NCBI GenBank assembly: GCA_965238005.1
Contig: OZ250165.1
Span: 544,001 to 608,000 of the forward strand
Length of the DNA: 64,000 nt
DNA from: Longimicrobiales bacterium
Lineage (GTDB): Bacteria > Gemmatimonadota > Gemmatimonadetes > Longimicrobiales > Gaopeijiaceae
Direction: 5' to 3'
Each line of letters opens with the position of its first letter. The stretch's first letter is position 1. Shown here piece after piece: positions 58,254-64,000 of the stretch. A program made the translations under genes and the position numbers. A model generated the notes under the pieces. It ran no database searches. It worked only from the letters and a program-made list of their open reading frames with translations, and was not told the DNA's origin.

Positions 58254-59051
58254 ATGGGCAAGCACTTCAAGCATCCGTTCGGTCAGGCGGTGGCGGTTCT
58301 GGTGCTGTCGTACGTGTTGCTGGACTACGGCATCGTGTATCTCCCCCCTCTGGTTGGCATCGCCAGCGCGCCGGTCCCGAACTCCGTCGTTCTTCAGTTC
58401 ATGCTGACGGCCGCAGTGGGGGTTCTGCTCTGGGTGAGCGACAACGAGGAGCGTTGGACGGAGTTCAAGGCGCCGATCCACCGGACGATGGTGGATCCGG
58501 AGCGCAAGACGGTGCGAGGCGTCTTCATGGTGGCCATTCCGTTCCTGGTAGCCTTCGGCACGTTCAACCAGGTCCGCCCCTCGGTAGCCGCGCCTCTGAC
58601 CCTCAGGTCCATCCATCCGGCGCCTCCCGGCCAGATCGACTTCCAGGGCGAGACCATGCGGCTCTCCGGGCTCGAGAATCCTCTGAGGACAACCGGTTCT
58701 CTGGAGGATCACTACGAGGAGGGCAAGCGGGTCTACTACCAGAATTGTCTCGCCTGTCACGGCGACGGGCTCAGCGGGCAGGGGCACTACGCAGCAGCGT
58801 TCAACCCGACTCCGGCCAGCTTCGAGGACGTGGGCACTATCGCGCAGCTCACCGAGAGCTTCGTGTTCTGGCGGATCGCCAAGGGCGGCCCGGGGCTTCC
58901 CAACGAGGGCGCGCCCTGGAACTCGGCCATGCCGGCCTGGGAGGACTTCCTCACCGCGGACGAGATCTGGTCCGTGATCATCTTCCTGTACGAACAGGCA
59001 GGGCACGAGCCCCGAACCTGGGAGGAAGCCGAGGAAGGGGAAGAGCAGTGA
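58254..59051 (+). CDS. Membrane-bound monoheme cytochrome c
   Basis: Three hydrophobic segments, CLACHGD, SAMPAW. Confidence 0.85.
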   Translation: MGKHFKHPFGQAVAVLVLSYVLLDYGIVYLPPLVGIASAPVPNSVVLQFMLTAAVGVLLWVSDNEERWTEFKAPIHRTMVDPERKTVRGVFMVAIPFLVAFGTFNQVRPSVAAPLTLRSIHPAPPGQIDFQGETMRLSGLENPLRTTGSLEDHYEEGKRVYYQNCLACHGDGLSGQGHYAAAFNPTPASFEDVGTIAQLTESFVFWRIAKGGPGLPNEGAPWNSAMPAWEDFLTADEIWSVIIFLYEQAGHEPRTWEEAEEGEEQ

Positions 59052-60892
59052 TGCACGCCGTGACCGGGGGCACGGTGAAGAGCCGGTGGGTTGGATCCCT
59101 TCAAATACTAGTGGGTGGGACCCGTCGCGTGTTCTCTTTTTCGCTCGCGGGCGGGGCCCTTCGAGGATTCCCCTCTACGCTCCAGCAATCTGCGATTGAA
59201 CGTCGCTTCGAGGGGAATTCCGCGGCGGGCCCTCGGCAAGGGGTGCTAGAGAACACGGAGGCGGGCCCCCGGACGTGTGGGACAAGGGATCCTCGCATCG
59301 GCCCGGTCTCGCGGCCGACGGTGGCGGCATCTGTGCTCTTCTTGGTGGGCGGCCTGGGGGCGGGAGGCTTGGCGGCTCAGGAGGGGGATGATCTCGGGAA
59401 GGCCACTTACGAGAGGTGGTGTGCGGGGTGCCACGGGGTCGACGGGACGGGTCAGGGCCCGGGCGCCGAGATGATGCTCCCTCGCCCGCGCGACTTCACT
59501 CAGGCCCTCTACCAGATCCGGTCGACGGCCAGCGGGGAGCTCCCGACGGACGAGGACATGCTCAACGTCATCGACCTCGGGATGCCCGGTACGACTATGC
59601 CGGGTTGGGAGGATCTGCTGTCGCGGCAGGAGCGCGATGCCCTGGTTCAATACCTCAAGGGCTTCTCGCGTTTCTTCTCGCCCGACGAAGTCCCCGAGCC
59701 CCTCGACTTCGGCCGCCCCACGCGGGTGTCGGACGAAGTGCTCGCCGAGGGCAGGGCCCAATACGACGCCATCGAGTGCTGGAAGTGTCATGGCGACCAA
59801 GGTCGTGGGGAGGGGCAGTCCTCGCCCACCCTTGGCGACGACAGCGACTTCCCGATCCGAGCGGCCGATCTCACGGAGAACTGGCTGTTCAACGGTGGTG
59901 GCACGGTGGAGGACATCTATCGCCGCCTTCGAACGGGCCTGGACGGGACCCCCATGCCCAACTTCTCGGACCTGATCGACGCCCAGGTCATGACCGACGA
60001 CCAGCTCTGGGCCCTGGCGCATTACGTCCGGAGCTTCTCCCCCGAGGAAGAGCCCGGCATCAACGAGGTCGTGCGGGCCGCACTGCTGGAGGACGTGCCG
60101 CTTCCCACGTCCGTGGACGACCCCTTGTGGGACACGGCCGAGCCGGCCTATATCCCGCTGGCGGGACAGATCATCGTGAAGCCCCGCTGGTTCGACCCTC
60201 GTGTGGACGGCATGTGGGTCCAGGCTCTTCACGACGGCCAGGAGGTCGCCGTGCGGGTCCGCTGGAGCGACCCCAGCCTGAGCCCCGATCCCGACTGGGC
60301 CGACTGGAAGTCGCAGGTTATCTCGTTCATGGGCCCCAAAGAGGGAGACCCACCGGAGTCGGGACCCACACCGGACCAGCTCCTTCTCCAGTTTCCCATG
60401 CAGATGCCGCAGGGGATGGAGCGCCCGTACTTCATGCGGGGCGACAACCGTCGACCGGTCTACCTCTGGCAGTGGCAGAGCGACCGAAGCACGGCCCTCG
60501 AGGGCGAGGCCCGGGGGATCGGCACGGAGAGCTACCCGTCGGACGGACAGGATCTCGCGGTGAGCGCCTCCCACGAGGACGGGCAGTGGCAGGTTATGTT
60601 CACTCGCACCCTGCTCACCGAGGACGAGGGCGATCTGGACTTCGTCACAGGCGAGGCCATTCCGGTGGCGTTCTTCGCCTGGGACGGGGACAACGGAGAA
60701 TCGGGCACGCGTAGCTCCGTGAGCTCGTGGTACTTCTTGTTCCTCCAGGAGCCCACTCCCAACACGGTGTTCGTCGCTCCCGTAGTGGCTATGATGCTCA
60801 CGGCGGGACTGGGGATTCTCGTGGTCGGTAGGGCGCAGAAGCGAGAGCGTGAAGGCGAGATCGTGGAAGAGACCGAATCAACACAAGGCTGA
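59051..60892 (+). CDS. Diheme cytochrome c fused to an ethylbenzene-dehydrogenase-gamma-like (EB_dh) domain, with C-terminal TM anchor
   Basis: CAGCH and CWKCH; PRPRDFT; VQALHDG..VRVRWSD, PYFMRGD, GQWQVMFTRTL, AFFAWDG; ATG overlaps the upstream TGA. Confidence 0.8.
   Translation: MHAVTGGTVKSRWVGSLQILVGGTRRVFSFSLAGGALRGFPSTLQQSAIERRFEGNSAAGPRQGVLENTEAGPRTCGTRDPRIGPVSRPTVAASVLFLVGGLGAGGLAAQEGDDLGKATYERWCAGCHGVDGTGQGPGAEMMLPRPRDFTQALYQIRSTASGELPTDEDMLNVIDLGMPGTTMPGWEDLLSRQERDALVQYLKGFSRFFSPDEVPEPLDFGRPTRVSDEVLAEGRAQYDAIECWKCHGDQGRGEGQSSPTLGDDSDFPIRAADLTENWLFNGGGTVEDIYRRLRTGLDGTPMPNFSDLIDAQVMTDDQLWALAHYVRSFSPEEEPGINEVVRAALLEDVPLPTSVDDPLWDTAEPAYIPLAGQIIVKPRWFDPRVDGMWVQALHDGQEVAVRVRWSDPSLSPDPDWADWKSQVISFMGPKEGDPPESGPTPDQLLLQFPMQMPQGMERPYFMRGDNRRPVYLWQWQSDRSTALEGEARGIGTESYPSDGQDLAVSASHEDGQWQVMFTRTLLTEDEGDLDFVTGEAIPVAFFAWDGDNGESGTRSSVSSWYFLFLQEPTPNTVFVAPVVAMMLTAGLGILVVGRAQKREREGEIVEETESTQG
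59082..59302. repeat. Long imperfect palindrome read in frame within the cytochrome N-terminus
   Basis: Three nested arm pairs: GGATCCCTT/AAGGGATCC, CGTGTTCTCT/AGAGAACACG, ATTCCCCTC/GAGGGGAAT. Confidence 0.7.
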
Positions 60893-60916
60893 ACCATTCA
60901 CAGTATCGGAGGATGT

Positions 60917-61768
60917 ATGTCGGATCGAACTGCACTGCGCTGGGTGATGACCCCCGCGCTTGTGACACTCTTGGCCGTGGGTTGTGGTGGGGGTGACGGC
61001 GGTGGAAGCGGCTCCGGGGACTCCGGTGGCGGAGCCGCGGTGGAGAACCCTGTCGATGCGGCCACCGCGGGCAACATCGCCGGGACCGTCGTCTTCGAGG
61101 GTGACGCTCCCGCGATGGACGCCATCGACATGAGCGACGAGCAGGTGTGCGCGGACAAGCACGCCTCCACGCCCATGGCCGAAGAGGTCGTGGTGAACGA
61201 CGGCTCTCTCGCCAATGTGTTCGTCTACGTGAAGCAGGGGCTGGAGAGCCTCCAGTTCCCGACGCCAGGCCCGGCACTCCTGGACCAGGACGGATGCACG
61301 TACATTCCGCACGTTCTGGGGGTCATGACGGGCCAGGACATCACCATCCGCAACAGCGACGGTCTTCTGCACAACATCAACGCGTCGCCGACGGAGCAGC
61401 GCGGCTTCAACACGAGCCAGCCCATGAACATGGAGAGCACCCGCAGCTTCCGCACGGTCGAGGTCATGGTGCCGGTGCGCTGTGACGTGCACGGGTGGAT
61501 GAACGCATACATCGGGGTTCTCGATCACCCGTATCACTCGGTGTCCGGCTCCGACGGAAGCTTCGACCTGTCCACGCTGCCCCCGGGTGACTATGTCATC
61601 GAGGCGTGGCACGAGCGCTACGGCACCCAGACGCAAAACGTCACCGTGGCTACTGGCGAAACGGCAGAGATCACGTTCACATTCAGCGCTTCCATGGCCA
61701 GCGCCGTGGTGCCGTTGGGTGAGGCTGTCGATCTCCACGACCACGGCGTGGCCGTCGACAGAGACTAG
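60917..61768 (+). CDS. Lipoprotein with cupredoxin-like and carboxypeptidase-regulatory-like domains
   Basis: Lipobox LAVGC, DQDGCTYIPHV, LHNIN, CDVHGWM, AWHERYG. Confidence 0.75.
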   Translation: MSDRTALRWVMTPALVTLLAVGCGGGDGGGSGSGDSGGGAAVENPVDAATAGNIAGTVVFEGDAPAMDAIDMSDEQVCADKHASTPMAEEVVVNDGSLANVFVYVKQGLESLQFPTPGPALLDQDGCTYIPHVLGVMTGQDITIRNSDGLLHNINASPTEQRGFNTSQPMNMESTRSFRTVEVMVPVRCDVHGWMNAYIGVLDHPYHSVSGSDGSFDLSTLPPGDYVIEAWHERYGTQTQNVTVATGETAEITFTFSASMASAVVPLGEAVDLHDHGVAVDRD

Positions 61769-61857
61769 AAGGTGCCGGGTCCGTCGGTCAGCGTCGGCCA
61801 ACGGGCCCGACCCGTCGTGACTGTGAGAGTCAACCTCAAGCTCGGGAGACCAGTGGG

Positions 61858-62541
61858 ATGAACTTTTCCTGGCTCATGCCGGAGACCGTTTCCACCTTCG
61901 GGCCGGCCTTGGACAACCTCTACTACGTGATCCTGTGGATCACGGGAATCGTGTTCTTCATCACGGAGATCACGCTGGTTGTCTTCCTCGTGAAGTACCG
62001 CCACAGGGAAGGTCGCAAGGCGGAGTACATCCACGGGAGCAACAAGGCGGAGGTCGTTTGGACCGTCATACCGTTCATCATCGTCATGGGGCTGGCCATC
62101 TACTCCAAGGGGATCTGGGACGAGATTCGGGATCCGGCGCGCATTCCGCCCGACGCCTACCAGATCGATATTATGGCGAAGCAGTTCGAGTGGAACGCCA
62201 CCTACGCCGGTGCGGACGGCCAGCTCGGCACTTCGGACGACTTCGTATCTCGCAACGCACTGCACATCCCGGTGGATCGGCCGGTGCGGATCAACCTCCG
62301 CGCCGAGGACGTGATCCACTCCTTCTTCCTTCCCCAGTTCCGGGTGAAGCAGGACGCGGTCCCCGGCCACATGACACCGGTCTGGTTCGAGGCGACCCGC
62401 ACGGGTGAGTTCACCCTCGCTTGCGCAGAGTTGTGTGGACTCGGACACTATCGCATGAAGGGGACGGTCACGGTCCATTCGCAGGCCGACTTCCAAGCCT
62501 GGCTTGCCGGCCAGCAAGCCGAGGAGGAGGACGACCGATGA
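61858..62541 (+). CDS. coxB: Cytochrome c oxidase subunit II (CuA)
   Basis: Two TM helices, EVVWTVIP, KQFEW, DVIHSF, CAELCGLGHYRM. Confidence 0.95.
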   Translation: MNFSWLMPETVSTFGPALDNLYYVILWITGIVFFITEITLVVFLVKYRHREGRKAEYIHGSNKAEVVWTVIPFIIVMGLAIYSKGIWDEIRDPARIPPDAYQIDIMAKQFEWNATYAGADGQLGTSDDFVSRNALHIPVDRPVRINLRAEDVIHSFFLPQFRVKQDAVPGHMTPVWFEATRTGEFTLACAELCGLGHYRMKGTVTVHSQADFQAWLAGQQAEEEDDR

Positions 62542-64000
62542 CCACTACCGCTGTAGCCGAGACGCACACCGGCCACGCTGAGGGGCACCACGACCTGGGC
62601 TTCATCAGGACGTACGTGTTCTCCACCGATCACAAGATGATCGCCCGGCAGTTCCTCTTCGCCGCCCTGTTCTTCCTGCTGGTGGGAGGCATCCTGGCCG
62701 GGATGGTCCGCTGGCAGCTCGGGTTCCCCGGTCAACCGATGCCCCTCGGCCGCTTCTTGCCGGACACGATGGCTCCGGGCGGGATCATCCTCCCGGAGTT
62801 CTACAACTCGCTGGTGACGATGCACGCCACCTTCATGGTGTTCTTCGCGCTCATGCCCATGCTTGCGGGTGTCTTCGGCAATCTGCTGATCCCCCTCCAG
62901 ATCGGCGCCGACGACATGGCGTTCCCTCGCCTCAACATGGCGTCCTTCTGGATCGTGCCGGTCGCCGGTGTGGTCATGCTGGCCAGCTTCTTCGTGGAGG
63001 GGGGAGCGGCCGGGGCCGGTTGGACGTCCTACGCGCCCCTGAGCGCATCGGGCGAGTGGACCGGCGTCTACCTGGGACAGCAGCTCTGGCTTGTCAGCCT
63101 CATCATCGTGGGCTTCTCGTCCATCACGGGCGCCATCAACTACGTCTCCACGGTGATCAACATGCGGGCGCCGGGGATGACCTGGTTCCGGATTCCCCTT
63201 GCCACCTGGGCAATCTTCATCACGGCTTGGCTGCTCCTCCTGGCCGTGCCGATCCTGACGGGTGGACTCATCCTGCTGCTGTTCGACCAGACCATCGGGA
63301 CCGCCTTCTTCCGACCCGAGGGGAGCGGCGAGCCGCTATTGTGGCAGCACATCTTCTGGTTCTTCGGCCACCCCGAGGTGTACATCCTGATCCTTCCGGC
63401 TATGGGGTTGGTGTCGGACATAATCTCCTGCAGGTCACGGAAACCGATCTTCGGGTACCACTCCATGGTCCTGGCCCTCGTCTCCATCGCGTTCCTGGGG
63501 TGGATCGTCTGGGGGCACCACATGTTCCAGAGCGGCATGAACCCGCTCCTGGGCATGACGTTCGTGGTCACCACGGTGGTCATCGCCGTGCCGTCGGCCA
63601 TCAAGGTGTTCAATTGGATGGGGACGTTGTGGCGCGGGAACATCCACTTCGACACGCCGCTTCTCCACGCCGTCTCCTTCGTGTCGCTCTTCATCATCGG
63701 CGGCCTGTCGGGAATCTTCATGGCGTCGGCGCCGGTGGACATCTACATCCACGACACGTACTTCATCGTGGCGCATCTCCACTACGTCCTCGTGGGCGGC
63801 ACCCTGTTCGGGATCTTCGCCGGCATCACGTTCTGGTTCCCGAAGCTGTTCGGGCGGATGATGCACGAAGGCCTGGGCAAAGTGCACTGGGTCCTGTCGT
63901 TCATCTTCTACAACTTGACCTTCTTCCCCATGCACAACCTGGGCGTCCAGGGGATGATGCGCCGAATCTACGACCCCAATCAGTACGAGTTCCTGCAGGC
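62538..64000 (+). CDS. coxA: Cytochrome c oxidase subunit I, A1 type (truncated by the window end)
   Basis: Not in the ORF track; ATG 62538 reads STDHKMI, TMHATFMVFF, DDMAFPRLN, WFFGHPEVY, VWGHHMF, YFIVAHLHY. Confidence 0.95.
   Translation, partial: MTTTAVAETHTGHAEGHHDLGFIRTYVFSTDHKMIARQFLFAALFFLLVGGILAGMVRWQLGFPGQPMPLGRFLPDTMAPGGIILPEFYNSLVTMHATFMVFFALMPMLAGVFGNLLIPLQIGADDMAFPRLNMASFWIVPVAGVVMLASFFVEGGAAGAGWTSYAPLSASGEWTGVYLGQQLWLVSLIIVGFSSITGAINYVSTVINMRAPGMTWFRIPLATWAIFITAWLLLLAVPILTGGLILLLFDQTIGTAFFRPEGSGEPLLWQHIFWFFGHPEVYILILPAMGLVSDIISCRSRKPIFGYHSMVLALVSIAFLGWIVWGHHMFQSGMNPLLGMTFVVTTVVIAVPSAIKVFNWMGTLWRGNIHFDTPLLHAVSFVSLFIIGGLSGIFMASAPVDIYIHDTYFIVAHLHYVLVGGTLFGIFAGITFWFPKLFGRMMHEGLGKVHWVLSFIFYNLTFFPMHNLGVQGMMRRIYDPNQYEFLQ

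Noticed and set aside
58454..59050. N-terminal extension of the 812-aa ORF
   Set aside because: Overlaps the real monoheme cytochrome gene in another frame; the ATG at 59051 coupled to the upstream stop is more plausible

Overview
High-GC bacterial chromosomal segment; the gene complement would fit a Gram-negative heterotroph such as Gemmatimonadota, but this is inference only. It carries housekeeping and metabolic genes (lipoate ligase-gcvP-gcvH, acyl-CoA dehydrogenase, tatA, a GAF-GAF-GGDEF cyclase, MoxR-DUF58-transglutaminase, a LuxE/LuxC-like pair, Skp, a selenocysteine-containing SelD, Lon, GGT, MutY) and an alternative complex III operon (actA-F). From about 49.9 kb to the window end lies the most unusual locus. 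It begins with a ferredoxin, an Mrp protein and three proteins that share a repeated PCP_red-like helical module: a Zn-ribbon protein, a double-USP protein with Cys-Pro heme-regulatory-like motifs, and a radical SAM/SPASM enzyme. These are followed by a CydA-like membrane protein with no CydB, three c-type cytochromes (one fused to an EB_dh-like domain), a cupredoxin-like lipoprotein and an A1-type heme-copper oxidase (coxB, coxA truncated by the window end). I interpret this as a candidate uncharacterised respiratory complex with its own cofactor-maturation machinery. Also present: two families of CTAG-flanked MITE-like elements (several supply stop codons of genes), a 220-bp palindrome read in frame inside a cytochrome gene, three damaged genes, and two candidate structured RNAs. 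No rRNA, tRNA, CRISPR array or transposase was recognised. All product calls come from motifs read by eye; no database search was run.
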